The notes: generated by a model not told the origin, from the sequence alone. DNA of 64,000 nucleotides from an uncultured Candidatus Micrarchaeota archaeon (GCA_963804175.1 CAWDPD010000001.1:62817-126816); one strand, 5' to 3'; counted from the first letter of the stretch, positions 36,407 to 47,160 are shown. Made by a program: numbers and translations.

Positions 36407-37540
36407 TTACCTGTTGCTTAGCTTTTTGAAAAGGTTTGAATAGAACTTGTTGGTGTGCGAAACTGAGAAGTTTCCCAACCTGTCTATGTTCTTTATGTAT
36501 TTGCTCTTGTCCTTGCAATTTAGCATCTCACCAAGCTCGCTGGGTATGCTTATTTCATCCCTCACTACGCACATCTCCTTTACCTCATTTGGAACCGGGG
36601 AATATACCGGAAGCAGCACCGGGGTGCCCAGCGCGAGGCTCTCCAGCACTATTATGCTTAGGCCCTCCCTCTCTGACATCTGCAGCAGCACCTTCGATTC
36701 CTTTATCCTACGGTAGAGGTCGCTCTTGTTCGCTGTGCGGTAGAAATCCCTTGATTCCACTATGCCATTAAGCTTCAATCTTTTTATCATCTTTGCTATT
36801 GCATTCTTTTCCGGGCCCTCACCGATTATTACTGCTTTTATTCCCTTGACGTTTTTGCTTGCGCCCTTTACCGCCCTTAGCCACTTGTCGATCCTTTTCT
36901 CCCTTATCAACCGCCCGGAGAATATCACGGTCTTCTCCTCCTTTTTGGTTTTTATCTCTTTTAGCTCATTGTCGTTTATTACCGGGGAGAAGAGGTGTAT
37001 CTTCCTTTTGTCGATCCCTAATTTCTCCAGGCCCTCAACAGTTGCGCTTGAGTTTGCTACGTACGCATCTGCCATCTTAAGCACAAACGAGGTGAATATA
37101 TTGGCCATGTTTCCCCGTACGCCTCCACCCAGATAGCTTTTCCAATACTTTATGTCCCATACCTCATGCATGTCAAGTATCAGCTTGCAACCGGTAAGCT
37201 TGCAGTAAATTCTTAGTATCGGTATCTGGACTATTGGAAATTCGTTTGACTGGATATAATCGAATTTATAGAAGAAAATCCTGAACAGGCCAAGCGCATA
37301 GATTATGGCCTCTCTTATTGATCTTCTTCCGTGCCTGTAGAATCTCTCGGCTGTTATATCATGCAGCGTGTGGTACATTATGCCGTTGTGCCTGAAGTCC
37401 TTTTTCATGCCAGGCCATTTGAGCGAGAAGAAATGCACCTCGTGTGTCTTTGCAAGCTCCTGGGCCTCGGTGCTCTCCAGAGTTTCCAGGCCGCCGACAT
37501 TCCACGGATAGACAGCATCAGACACAAAGGCTATTTTCAT
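36407..37540 (-). CDS. Family 4 (GT-B) glycosyltransferase
   Basis: The sequence reads MKIAFVSDAVYPWNVGGLE...SEREGLSIIVLESLALGTPV (E-x7-E region). Confidence 0.8.
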   Translation of the reverse strand: MKIAFVSDAVYPWNVGGLETLESTEAQELAKTHEVHFFSLKWPGMKKDFRHNGIMYHTLHDITAERFYRHGRRSIREAIIYALGLFRIFFYKFDYIQSNEFPIVQIPILRIYCKLTGCKLILDMHEVWDIKYWKSYLGGGVRGNMANIFTSFVLKMADAYVANSSATVEGLEKLGIDKRKIHLFSPVINDNELKEIKTKKEEKTVIFSGRLIREKRIDKWLRAVKGASKNVKGIKAVIIGEGPEKNAIAKMIKRLKLNGIVESRDFYRTANKSDLYRRIKESKVLLQMSEREGLSIIVLESLALGTPVLLPVYSPVPNEVKEMCVVRDEISIPSELGEMLNCKDKSKYIKNIDRLGNFSVSHTNKFYSNLFKKLSNR

Positions 37541-37629
37541 TATCTCAACCTGTAATCAACTATTATATTCTAATCATTAGACTTTAAAACATCATATTTA
37601 AATTAACATCCTTGCAATATGATTGGTAG

Positions 37630-39040
37630 ATGACTAGGCGCGTTTCTATGGATATCGATTACGGCATTGCTGATTATGCGATAAAAGTGGCACAGAAGTC
37701 TGGAATAGACTATGCTGAGGCGTATCTGCGATACAGCCTCGGCCAATTGTATGCGATTGAACAGGGAATATTCAACGGAGGCATGTATAGCGAAAATGTC
37801 GGACTTAGGATAAGACTGATAAAAAACAAGAGGCTGTATACGTTTTCTACAAACATACTGGAAAGGAAGAACATAGAGCAGGCGATAAGCAGATTCAAAA
37901 GTTTCAAGGGTGTTGACACACAGATGTCTGATGAGCCAAAACTCAAATCCGAATATAATGTAAAAGAGAGAATCAAGGTCGAATCCGGGGACCTTATGGG
38001 TTACATCTCAGACACGGACAAAAACCTAAAGGATCTCAAGTACGTTAAATATAGATCGGTTTACGGGCATGTAGGCAGGGGAAGAGAGTATATAGTCAAT
38101 ACTGACGGCAATACAGTAAATAGCAATGTGCCAGTTGCGATGGCCGTAGTGGTGATGAGTCTTGCTGATGGATCAAGATACGAGGGATAGGATACTGCAG
38201 TATGGCGTAAAAGGGGGCTATGAAAACTTTCTGGGGCTCAAGATCACGGAGGATGCGCTTGATAATGCAAAAGAGATGTATAAAGTAATGCGGCAAGGGG
38301 TAAAGCTTACAGAAGATCAAATAAGCAAAGTCAAGAATGTTGTTATTGCACCAGAAATAACAGGAATTGCGGTACATGAAAGCATCGGCCACCCATGCGA
38401 ATCGGACAGGATATATGGAAGGGAAGCCGCACAGGCCGGAACAAGCTACCTAACAAAAGAGAATCTGGGCATGAAAATAGGCAGCGAGAATGTAACGATA
38501 TACGATGACCCAACTATTGAAAACTCCTATGGATTTTATGCTTTTGACGAGGAAGGAGTAAAATCAAGGAAAAGGTGCATAGTAAAGAACGGAATGCAAA
38601 ATGATCTATTGACCAACAGGGAATACGCCCATGTGCTAAAGACGAAAAGCAATGGCTCATCAAGAAGCGACTCGTACTCAAATGAGCCGATGGTTAGGAT
38701 GGGAAACACTTATCTTGAAAAGGGAAGAGCTGACATTGATGAACTTATGGAGGAGGCAAAAGACGGCATATATATAAAGAACTTCACAGAATGGAACATC
38801 GACGACACAAGGAGCTTCTCAAGGTACCAGGGCAATGTCGCTTACATAATAAAGAACGGCAGCATAGAAAAGCCTGTAAAGAACTACAGGCTTGAAAAGG
38901 GCACGCTGGATTTCTGGCATGCCGTTAAGCTTTTGGGAAGCGACTTCAAGCTTTACATGGGCAACTGCGGCAAGGGGGAGCCGATGCAGGGAGTTCCTGT
39001 AACAATGGGAGGCCCAAGCACACTACTATCGTTCAGGTGA
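37630..39040 (+). CDS. tldD: TldD-family metalloprotease, reading frame interrupted once (apparent +1 shift between 38162 and 38190)
   Basis: ORF 37630..38190 is the N-domain (...VAMAVVVMSLADGSRYEG*). ORF 38162..39040 in the +1 frame reads ...RILQYGVKGGYENF...GIAVHESIGHPCE (HExxxH). Together they give about 470 aa, the normal TldD length. Confidence 0.8.
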
Positions 39041-39044
39041 TTAC

Positions 39045-40400
39045 ATGGGAGAGAACACTGAAGGGATAATCAAGATAGCAAAGGGGATGGGATTTGGCGA
39101 CGTTGAGGCATCCACAAGCACATACAGGACAGTTTACCTCAAGATAGTCAATTCAGAGATAGATTCACTTGTTGAGAAGCACGACACGGTTTGCAACGTA
39201 TTCCTTGAGAAAAACAAGAAGATAATGTATCTGGGCGATGTAGGGGATACAAGCAAGGAGGGCCTAAAAAGATGCATAACCAACGCATCAAAGGCTCTTG
39301 GCGGATTAAAGCCCAAATCTGATTACTTTGGACTTGCAAAGCCAAGCTCCAAAAAGATCAGGGACACTTATTATTACGATAAAGAAATAGAAAATTGCGA
39401 TAACTCAAAGCTGGCCGACAAGGCAACTGCGGCAATAAACGGGGCTCTTGACGCTGGCGCTACAAGCGTTGCGGGAATGATAGTAATAGGATCGGGAACA
39501 GGAACTGACAGTACAAGCAATGGATTCAACAACAGCGACAAGGGAAGTTTTGCAAGGATGTCGCTTAGGGTATTTAACAAGAACCTCTCATCTCAGAATA
39601 TTTTTGCCTCACGAAGGCTGAAGGACATCAAATTTGAGGATGAGGCGATGGGTATGGCGGAAATGGCAAGAAGCACAAAGAAGATCGGAAAGATAGAGAA
39701 CGGGAAATACGACGTGATTTATATGAATTCGCCAGGCGGATCGCTTCTGACCTACGTGACAACTTTCGCATGCATGGGAAGTGTTGAGACTGGAAGCTGC
39801 TTCACCAAGAAACTAAACAAGGAGGTTGCAAACAAGAACCTTACCATCTATGACGATGGGAAGATAAAGGAGGGAATAGGCTCGTCCGTCTACGACTCGG
39901 AAGGCACGCCATCGCAGGCAACTCCAGTAGTCGAGAACGGAATTTTGAAGAATTATCTGCACAACTATTCAACTGCAAAGAAGTACAATTCCAAAAGCAC
40001 GGGTAATGCAGGCCTTATAAGCCCGACCAGCAGGACGATGGTCCTAAAACACAAGGACACAGTAAAGGATGTAGAGAGGCTGATGTCCGAGGTCAAGAAC
40101 GGAATACTTGTCACAAACTCATGGTACACCAGGTTCAGCAGCTATATCAATGGGGACTTTTCAACAATGCCAAGGGACCTTACAATATACATAAAGAACG
40201 GCGAGCCTCAATTTGCAATAAAGCAAAAGGACATAGGCCCGATAGTCGGAATCAGGGTGAGCGATAACATAATAAGGATGCTGGAGAACATGGATCTCGT
40301 TGCACATAACGAGAGACAATGCGCCTCATGGGATACTGACATGAGTTACTTCTTTGTCCCGAGCTTCTTGGTAAGAGATGTGGCTGTCACCGTAGTTTAA
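39045..40400 (+). CDS. pmbA: PmbA/TldE-family protein (TldD partner)
   Basis: This 451-aa paralog lacks HExxxH and lies immediately downstream of tldD. Its C-terminus is typical: GILVTNSWYTRF... Confidence 0.8.
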   Translation: MGENTEGIIKIAKGMGFGDVEASTSTYRTVYLKIVNSEIDSLVEKHDTVCNVFLEKNKKIMYLGDVGDTSKEGLKRCITNASKALGGLKPKSDYFGLAKPSSKKIRDTYYYDKEIENCDNSKLADKATAAINGALDAGATSVAGMIVIGSGTGTDSTSNGFNNSDKGSFARMSLRVFNKNLSSQNIFASRRLKDIKFEDEAMGMAEMARSTKKIGKIENGKYDVIYMNSPGGSLLTYVTTFACMGSVETGSCFTKKLNKEVANKNLTIYDDGKIKEGIGSSVYDSEGTPSQATPVVENGILKNYLHNYSTAKKYNSKSTGNAGLISPTSRTMVLKHKDTVKDVERLMSEVKNGILVTNSWYTRFSSYINGDFSTMPRDLTIYIKNGEPQFAIKQKDIGPIVGIRVSDNIIRMLENMDLVAHNERQCASWDTDMSYFFVPSFLVRDVAVTVV

Positions 40401-40427
40401 TCTTATTAAGAGTATCAGGTAAATTTG

Positions 40428-41594
40428 ATGGCCGACTATAACAAAAATGAGATGTTAAAGACATACTCAAAGCTTATACCGATAAAATCAATATCCCCAG
40501 ATTCCGGAGGAAGGGGGGAGTCAAAAAGGGCAGATTTTCTTGAAAAGTTGCTTAGAGGTTGGGGATTGAATCCCAGAAGATACGACTATATCGACAGTAA
40601 TAAAGTTAAAAGGTCAAATGTCGTAGTAAAATACGGTAAAAAGGATAAGACCATTTGGATACTTGCGCACATAGATACGGTTTCAGAAGGTGACATAAAT
40701 CTCTGGAAAACCAATCCTTTCAAGGCTGTTATAAAAAATGGGAAGATTTACGGGAGAGGATCAGAAGACAATGGAGGAGGTATAATCTCCGGACTGTACT
40801 CGCTAAAGTCGATGTTGGGAAAAGAAAATCAATTAAGATACAATTACGGGCTGGTTCTTGCTGCTGATGAGGAAACTGCAAGCAGGTATGGAATCCAGGA
40901 GCTGCTAAAGGAAAGGATATTTGGAAAAGCAGACATGTTTATAGTGCCTGATGCAGGAAATCCCAGCGGCGATGAGATAGAGATTGCAGAGAAAAGCATA
41001 CTCTGGCTGAAATTCAGCGTGATTGGGAAGCAGGTTCACGCAAGTAGGCCAACGATAGGAATAAATGCTTTTATGGAGGGAGCAGGGTTCGGGTTGGAGG
41101 TATGCGAATTTCTGAATAGAAAATATAATAAGAGAATGAAACCTTTCGCAACACCCTCTACTTTTGTCATGACAAAACATGAGAAGAATGTTGATAGCAT
41201 AAACATAATACCTGGAAAGGAGGTCTTCTACATTGACTGCAGGATCCTGCCGAATTACAGGATTTCAGACATACTAAATGATATAAACAGGCTGAAAAGG
41301 AACTGCAATGCAAAGGTAACTGTTGAGGTGGTACAAGAGGAGCAGGCACCTAGGCCCACAAACCCGAATTCCGAGATAATAAGAATTCTCAAAGCAGCAA
41401 TAAAGAAGAAACTCAGGCTAAGGGCAAGGCTGGTCGGCATAGGCGGAGGGACCATAGCAGCATATTTGAGAAAAAGAGGATATGATGCGGTAGTGTGGGC
41501 TATAGAAAGCGAGATGGCACACCAACCGAATGAGTACGCAAAGATTGATAACATCAAAAATATGATTTCAATTTTCAATGAGATATTCAGGTGA
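40428..41594 (+). CDS. M20-family metallopeptidase (ArgE/DapE/acetylornithine deacetylase-like)
   Basis: The motifs are WILAHIDTVSEGD, GRGSEDNGGGI and ADEETASRYG. Confidence 0.8.
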   Translation: MADYNKNEMLKTYSKLIPIKSISPDSGGRGESKRADFLEKLLRGWGLNPRRYDYIDSNKVKRSNVVVKYGKKDKTIWILAHIDTVSEGDINLWKTNPFKAVIKNGKIYGRGSEDNGGGIISGLYSLKSMLGKENQLRYNYGLVLAADEETASRYGIQELLKERIFGKADMFIVPDAGNPSGDEIEIAEKSILWLKFSVIGKQVHASRPTIGINAFMEGAGFGLEVCEFLNRKYNKRMKPFATPSTFVMTKHEKNVDSINIIPGKEVFYIDCRILPNYRISDILNDINRLKRNCNAKVTVEVVQEEQAPRPTNPNSEIIRILKAAIKKKLRLRARLVGIGGGTIAAYLRKRGYDAVVWAIESEMAHQPNEYAKIDNIKNMISIFNEIFR

Positions 41595-41823
41595 ACGGTA
41601 AATGAGACTGCCTGCACACAAAAGGCTTATAAGCATATTCATACCAATTATATTAGTTAATAGTCATACTCATGTAGAAGGTGCCTTTTGATGGAGGTTA
41701 AATATTTAATTTTAAGGGAAAGGGAATTATTGCCTAGCGTTGCTACTCTATCAGACGACGGCATAGTTGAAGGAGGATAATCTTCTACTGGTTCTATGGC
41801 TATTTGACACACAAGGTGTGTAA

Positions 41824-43386
41824 ATGGCAAAAACTTACATTGACATAGTAAAATACATGGTAGAGGCACGATTCGATATATCGGGCCTTGCGGAAAAGCC
41901 TGACATAATCGGCGCTGTCTTCGGACAGACAGAGGGCCTACTTGGCGGAGGACTTGACCTTAGGGAGCTTCAGAAGAACGGGAAGATAGGTAGAATAGAA
42001 ATCGAGGCCGCAACACAGGGCAACAAGACCTACGGCAAGCTGTTCCTCCCATCATCTCTCGGCAGGGTGGAAACCTGCATACTTGGGGCAACAATAGAAT
42101 CAGTGGACAGGGTAGGACCTTTCGAGACAATATTCAAGGTAAACAAGATAGAGGACACAAGGAGCGAAAAGAGGAGAAAGATAGTGATGAGGGCAAAGGA
42201 CCTTCTTAAAACGCTGCTTACTACCGAGATGCCAGACAGCAAGGAGATAAGCGAACTGGTTGAGACAGATGTCAAGTCAAGCGTGGTTACCACATATGGG
42301 CCTGACAACCTCCCATCAGGGCCTGACATAGCGGACAGCAATGAGATAATCCTTGTAGAGGGACGTGCAGACGTAATCAACCTGCTTAAGAACGACATAG
42401 ACAACTGCATAGCAGTGGGAGGCGCAACTGGCAAGATACCCCAGACGGTAATAGACCTTTCAAAGTCAAAGGAGACAACACTATTCCTTGACGGGGATCG
42501 CGGAGGGGACATGATACTGAGAGGGCTTCTGAACGTCTGCGACATAGATTTCGTGGTAAGGGCGCCAGACGGCAAGGAAGTGGAGGAACTGACAAGAAAA
42601 GACATAATAAAGGCGCTAAGGGCAAAGGTGCCTATAGAGCAGGTAATACCAAGAATAAGGAACATGGGCGGCAACGGCGACAGCGCAAGGCATGGCACCT
42701 ATGGCAACCGTGAAAGACCACAGCAAAGGGAGCAGCGGTACCAGCAACCTCAGCAGCCACAGACACAAACACAGCAGCCGCAATCCTCGCATCCACAGGT
42801 GCAGGAGGTACCACGACCGCCATCACAATTGTCGCAGCAGAGCCAGCAGAAGGACGTAACAAAAACCATGCGGCTTGGCGGCGCACCAAGAGAGGAGGAA
42901 AGGGACAGGAGCATACTCAGCCCCAGCCAGATATCGCAGAACATGCTCGGAAGGGATAGGTCAAGGCAGCAAACAGCGGAGCCCATGAAGATCGACCCGG
43001 AATTGGGCATAAAGGATATCAACGGCAATGCTGCCGAAGGATTGGACACCATACCTAAAATGAACATGGACAATGAAAATAAGGGTGCATCGCAGGCAGA
43101 CCAAAGGTACGTAGATTCGCTCACTGAATTGCACAACACACTTCGCGGAAGGCTATATGACAGCGATGGCAAGATGATATCAGAGATACCGATAAGGGAA
43201 CTGATACAGGCCATACAGGACGCCAATGATATAAAGGTCGTGGTATTCGACGGCATAATAACCCAGAGGCTGATAGAGCTCGCGAACAAGAGGGGAGTTG
43301 GCTCAATATACGGAATAAGGGCCGGACAGGTCTCGCGAGTATTTGAGAGCATGCTGCTTTACACCAAGGAGCAGGGCAAGCTCTGA
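41824..43386 (+). CDS. dnaG: Archaeal DnaG (TOPRIM) primase/exosome-associated protein with a ~130-aa low-complexity insertion
   Basis: The N-terminus is KYMVEARFDISGLAEKPDIIGAVFGQTEGLLG and the TOPRIM domain is ILVEGRADVINL...FLDGDRGGD. A Gln/Pro-rich tract (QQREQRYQQPQQPQTQTQQPQSS...) precedes the conserved C-terminus. Confidence 0.85.
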   Translation: MAKTYIDIVKYMVEARFDISGLAEKPDIIGAVFGQTEGLLGGGLDLRELQKNGKIGRIEIEAATQGNKTYGKLFLPSSLGRVETCILGATIESVDRVGPFETIFKVNKIEDTRSEKRRKIVMRAKDLLKTLLTTEMPDSKEISELVETDVKSSVVTTYGPDNLPSGPDIADSNEIILVEGRADVINLLKNDIDNCIAVGGATGKIPQTVIDLSKSKETTLFLDGDRGGDMILRGLLNVCDIDFVVRAPDGKEVEELTRKDIIKALRAKVPIEQVIPRIRNMGGNGDSARHGTYGNRERPQQREQRYQQPQQPQTQTQQPQSSHPQVQEVPRPPSQLSQQSQQKDVTKTMRLGGAPREEERDRSILSPSQISQNMLGRDRSRQQTAEPMKIDPELGIKDINGNAAEGLDTIPKMNMDNENKGASQADQRYVDSLTELHNTLRGRLYDSDGKMISEIPIRELIQAIQDANDIKVVVFDGIITQRLIELANKRGVGSIYGIRAGQVSRVFESMLLYTKEQGKL

Positions 43387-43487
43387 TCAAGGATTTACCT
43401 GTGCTTTTAATCTGGCGCAATAGATAGGGCTTTAAACGCCACCGAAATCCTTATATATCAAAATACTTACAGTAATAAAGTGATAAA

Positions 43488-43910
43488 ATGACATCAATAG
43501 CAGTACCTATCCCTAGCGGCAACAACGGAAAAAGCAAATACAGGCCATATTTAAGTGATGCTCCAAAATTATTGATAGGCCAGAGCTTCAGGGAAAAGGT
43601 GGAAGGCATAGCTCGTGTGGGCATGCATATAGCCAAGACACACGGCGAACATACACCAATCGACGAAAACAGCCTTTCACACGAATATTACGGACATGGG
43701 GACAACTTTAATATAAAATATATAGAATCAGGTCCGGGCAGTTCAAAACTTGAGATAATGTTTAACGGTGTTAAATCCTTTTCTGTAGGGATATTTAACT
43801 CTGAAATAAATGAAGTGGAAGTGTGCTCGCCAAATCCTAAATTTATTGAATCGCTTAGAGGGCTCCAGGAAGGGCTTGAGAGGAAACAGCCGGCTAGGTT
43901 AAGAGCATAA
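43488..43910 (+). CDS. Hypothetical protein (140 aa)
   Basis: This is a clean ORF. No family was recognised. Confidence 0.4.
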   Translation: MTSIAVPIPSGNNGKSKYRPYLSDAPKLLIGQSFREKVEGIARVGMHIAKTHGEHTPIDENSLSHEYYGHGDNFNIKYIESGPGSSKLEIMFNGVKSFSVGIFNSEINEVEVCSPNPKFIESLRGLQEGLERKQPARLRA

Positions 43911-44034
43911 ATCAGCCACCAAAGTTGGGAGATGCCACCCAAAGAGCTTTATATATGAGCAATCGTAATATATATTGCGGAGAAGAAAGCAAAAAGCTCT
44001 AATTCTACGTAAAACAAAATAGAAAGTGTATATA

Positions 44035-44319
44035 ATGTACCAAGATGAAGGATCGGGCAGAAATAGCTCCTATGGAGGAAGCTATGGAGGACGCAGAGAG
44101 GGAAGAAGAAGTTCCTATTCGGGCTCTTCAGAACCAAAGCCAGTGAAGCCTGGCGATGAAGTAGAAGTCAAAATAGAGGCAGTAGCATCCAAAGGGGATG
44201 GAATAGCAAAGAAGGACGGCTTTGTAATCTTCATAAAGGGCGCAAAGGAAGGCGACACTGTGAAGGCAAGGATAACAGAAGTCAAGGAAAGATTTGCTAT
44301 AGGGGAAATAATCAGCTAA
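44035..44319 (+). CDS. TRAM-domain RNA-binding protein with a Gly/Ser/Arg/Tyr-rich N-terminal tail
   Basis: The TRAM OB-fold pattern is VKPGDEVEVKIEAVASKGDGIAKKDGFVIFIKGAKEGDTVKARITEVKERFAIGE. The N-terminus is GSGRNSSYGGSYGGRREGRRSSYSG. Confidence 0.75.
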   Translation: MYQDEGSGRNSSYGGSYGGRREGRRSSYSGSSEPKPVKPGDEVEVKIEAVASKGDGIAKKDGFVIFIKGAKEGDTVKARITEVKERFAIGEIIS

Positions 44320-44485
44320 ATCCGGAACTGCTGTTTTTATTTTTTTCCTTAGGGATTAGCTTCGGCTATATAATAATAGCTGCGGTTCTCTTTGCAATTA
44401 GGAAGAGGAATGGAATAGCAAAAAAGAAGGCATAAAAATATAACCTTGTTATATTAAAGTAACAAATGAGGTTTTTAGGCTGCCC

Positions 44486-45361
44486 ATGGACAAGCTCATA
44501 GAGTCTACGCTGCAAAAATACGGCATACCAGAATGGGTAAAGCCCTATATCTACAGGTATGCAAGGGAGAACCCGATAGCAGTTGTAAAGTTCGCGATAA
44601 GCCTTATCGATGTGAAAAGAAGAAAGGGAGAACTGACAAAGGACCATATAAAACTGCCCAACGGCACAGAATTCAGCATAGAATCCATACTGAAACTTCT
44701 CAACCTGTTCTACTACGGCGAGGAGAACATGGCGCGCATAGAGAGGGATTGGGTTGCAAATTCACATGACCGCAACGCGGAGTACGAGAGGAATTACACT
44801 GATATATCGGAGACAGAATACAGGCGCACCAGGGCTATAAAGAACCTTGCTGAGGGGCTTGGGCACAGCGTGGGAGAGCAGCCTGAGTCACTGACAAGGG
44901 TATTCGATTACATATCAAAGATAGAATCCTGGCAGGACAGGGTAATAGTTACTGGCATCATACTCAGATACTCCTACGCCACAACCTTTGGCACCGTATT
45001 CTACAAGGTGTTCTATCCGGTATCTCCGGAATTCATGCGCTCTTTCGGCAAGGCCTTCGAGACCAAGGATGGCCAGGAGCGATGGGACACGCAGGAATCT
45101 ATAAAGCTGATAAAGGAGAATTCGATTGACAGGGAGCACGTGCTTGAGATTTCTAGGAGCATACTCACTGAGGTGCTGTGCTCCATAGAGTCGAACATGA
45201 GGCTTGCAAGGGAACTTGGCCTTGAAAAGGAGGTAAGGCTGTTGGGCGAGATATCTATAGCGTATCCGTTCCAGAGGCTTTCGGAGATCGGCCTGGAGCT
45301 GAATGTGGAGAATGAGGTAAAGCTCGTTAGGAAGACTGCAGCAAAGCAGCAGGCAGAATGA
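44486..45361 (+). CDS. Hypothetical protein (291 aa)
   Basis: This is a clean, long helical ORF. No family was recognised. Confidence 0.5.
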   Translation: MDKLIESTLQKYGIPEWVKPYIYRYARENPIAVVKFAISLIDVKRRKGELTKDHIKLPNGTEFSIESILKLLNLFYYGEENMARIERDWVANSHDRNAEYERNYTDISETEYRRTRAIKNLAEGLGHSVGEQPESLTRVFDYISKIESWQDRVIVTGIILRYSYATTFGTVFYKVFYPVSPEFMRSFGKAFETKDGQERWDTQESIKLIKENSIDREHVLEISRSILTEVLCSIESNMRLARELGLEKEVRLLGEISIAYPFQRLSEIGLELNVENEVKLVRKTAAKQQAE

Positions 45362-45400
45362 TATTTATTATGTAAAACCATAACATTTTAGGTGTATTAC

Positions 45401-45787
45401 ATGATAGGAAAACAAAAAAATAAGGAGGATTCATCGGTTGCAACTGACATCCGAACGGTATCGCGCCATCCTGAAAATTTAGAAAAACGTACATTAAAGT
45501 TTGAGGCTGGAATAATGTATGCGAGCCCTTTGGGCCTGGCTCTGGCAAAGGACATAATAAATATTGATCTGACAGACCCAAAAAAGAAAAATGGCCAATG
45601 CATGGTTCATATGCGAGTAGATATGTCTGATGACATACTATTATTTGAGTGGGCGCGATCTTTGAGAACCGGTTCTGTTTTAGAGGTGGAAGGTGAACTA
45701 GAAGGAGATAGAGTAGGAAAACCAACCATTCATGTGGCTAATTTCAAAATCCTGAGGGAAGTCAAGGGTATGGGCGGCGGAACATAG
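45401..45787 (+). CDS. Hypothetical protein, possibly OB-fold
   Basis: The sequence ...MVHMRVDMSDDILLFEWARSLRTGSVLEVEGELEGDRVGKPTIHVANFKIL resembles OB-fold anticodon-binding-type domains. The evidence is weak. Confidence 0.4.
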   Translation: MIGKQKNKEDSSVATDIRTVSRHPENLEKRTLKFEAGIMYASPLGLALAKDIINIDLTDPKKKNGQCMVHMRVDMSDDILLFEWARSLRTGSVLEVEGELEGDRVGKPTIHVANFKILREVKGMGGGT

Positions 45788-45871
45788 TACGAAAATTAAT
45801 TTCTATTCTTAGTTGTACATTTTTGAATTAATACCGCTAGGCTTAAATATCTTCTTTTTGATGGATTTACC

Positions 45872-46276
45872 ATGGTGACACTAGTAGTGAACTGGCTTGC
45901 CGTCGTGGTCGCCACGATAGTTGCTATGATAATTGGGTTCGTCTGGTTCTCCCCTGCACTTTTTGGGAACGCATGGATGGAGAGCATGAGGATGAAGAAG
46001 GGAGCCAAGATGAAGATGTCAGGAAAGGCATTTGTTGGGGCGCTTGTCAGCGCCTTCGTCACTGCGCTTGCGCTTGGACTGCTGATAGGCATAATGCACG
46101 TAACGACCCTCAAGGGAGGATTTGAGCTTGCTGCCGGATTGTGGCTCGGGTTCTTTGCAACAAAGGAACTTGTAAGGGTATCGTTCGGCTCCACATCATC
46201 AAAGATGTTCGGGATACAGGTTGCGCATGACCTTGTAGTGCTTCTGCTTATGGCTGCAGTTTTCATCCTTATATGA
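45872..46276 (+). CDS. DUF1761-family membrane protein
   Basis: The sequence reads NWLAVVVATIVAMIIGFVWFSPALFGNAWM, with 4 TM helices. Confidence 0.65.
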   Translation: MVTLVVNWLAVVVATIVAMIIGFVWFSPALFGNAWMESMRMKKGAKMKMSGKAFVGALVSAFVTALALGLLIGIMHVTTLKGGFELAAGLWLGFFATKELVRVSFGSTSSKMFGIQVAHDLVVLLLMAAVFILI

Positions 46277-46402
46277 GCCCGCTTGGGCTTTATTTTATTT
46301 TTTTACCTTTCCATATAAATGAGAGTAACGCAAACCACAACAACATATATATACTTTGATTACCAAATTTTCTCAATCCAAAAACCTAAGGGAGTTGATA
46401 TC

Positions 46403-46717
46403 ATGACAAACGAAACAGAACAGAGAATGAATATGGATGGAGAGGGAAGGACCGAGAACATTGTATATATAGGCAGGAAGCCTACAATGAACTACGTGCT
46501 TGCTGTAGTGACTCAGTTCAACAGCGGAATGCACGAGGTAACCATAAAAGCAAGAGGCAACTCCATATCAAGGGCGGTAGACGTAAAGGAGATAGTTATG
46601 AACCGATTCCTTCCGGATTTGAGGGAGAAGAGCATAAAGACATCATCGGAGGAACTTACGAACGAGGACGGCACAAGGTCCAAGGTAAGCGCCATACAGA
46701 TAGTCCTTATGAAGTAG
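46403..46717 (+). CDS. albA: Alba DNA/RNA-binding chromatin protein
   Basis: The sequence reads [51 protein letters not shown]. The start is at the internal ATG, downstream of an ATATATATA element (46345-46353). Confidence 0.85.
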   Translation: MTNETEQRMNMDGEGRTENIVYIGRKPTMNYVLAVVTQFNSGMHEVTIKARGNSISRAVDVKEIVMNRFLPDLREKSIKTSSEELTNEDGTRSKVSAIQIVLMK

Positions 46718-46729
46718 CGAGGCTGTTTT

Positions 46730-47110
46730 TTATTGCTGCATCAGCTTTTTTGCTTTAAGGAGCTCTGATGCGGTTACTATTCCTATGCATCTCATGCCTA
46801 TGCTTGATTCTACGACCGGCACCCTACTTATTTTGTGCTTCATTATGTATTTTATGGCGTGGTCTATGCCAGCATTCTTTTCGATGAAGAGCGGATGCAG
46901 CATAATAGACTTCACTGAGCTTCCAGATCCCGCCCTTTCCCTGAGCCGGTCGCCTGTCACTATGCCCACAAGTCTGCCGTCCTCTATAACAGGAAGCATA
47001 GGGATGTTTGAGCTCTCCAGCAGCTTCAGCGCCGCGGCCGGCTTTGTGCTTGAGCTGACAGAAATCATATTGCCCTTGATTATACTCGCAACCTTTGTTT
47101 CCATGATCAA
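46730..47110 (-). CDS. CBS-domain pair protein
   Basis: There are two CBS repeats (...IPMLPVIEDGRLVGIVT... and ...ISRVPVVESSIGMRCIGIVT...). Confidence 0.8.
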   Translation of the reverse strand: MIMETKVASIIKGNMISVSSSTKPAAALKLLESSNIPMLPVIEDGRLVGIVTGDRLRERAGSGSSVKSIMLHPLFIEKNAGIDHAIKYIMKHKISRVPVVESSIGMRCIGIVTASELLKAKKLMQQ

Positions 47111-47160
47111 TCAACCGCAGAACTATCTTCCTTTGATGCCATCAGGAAGGCTGATAACTG

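Noticed and set aside
38185-38192. The frame breaks might be prfB-like programmed +1 shifts at in-frame stop codons: GGA-TAG-G in tldD, CGA-TGA-A in ydeI, and TGC-TGA-A in the S9 5' part.
   Set aside because: In S2 (both breaks), rpoN and the two internal S9 breaks, the conserved peptide changes frame far from any 0-frame stop. A stop-codon-driven mechanism therefore cannot explain the set. I also saw no shared slippery heptamer.
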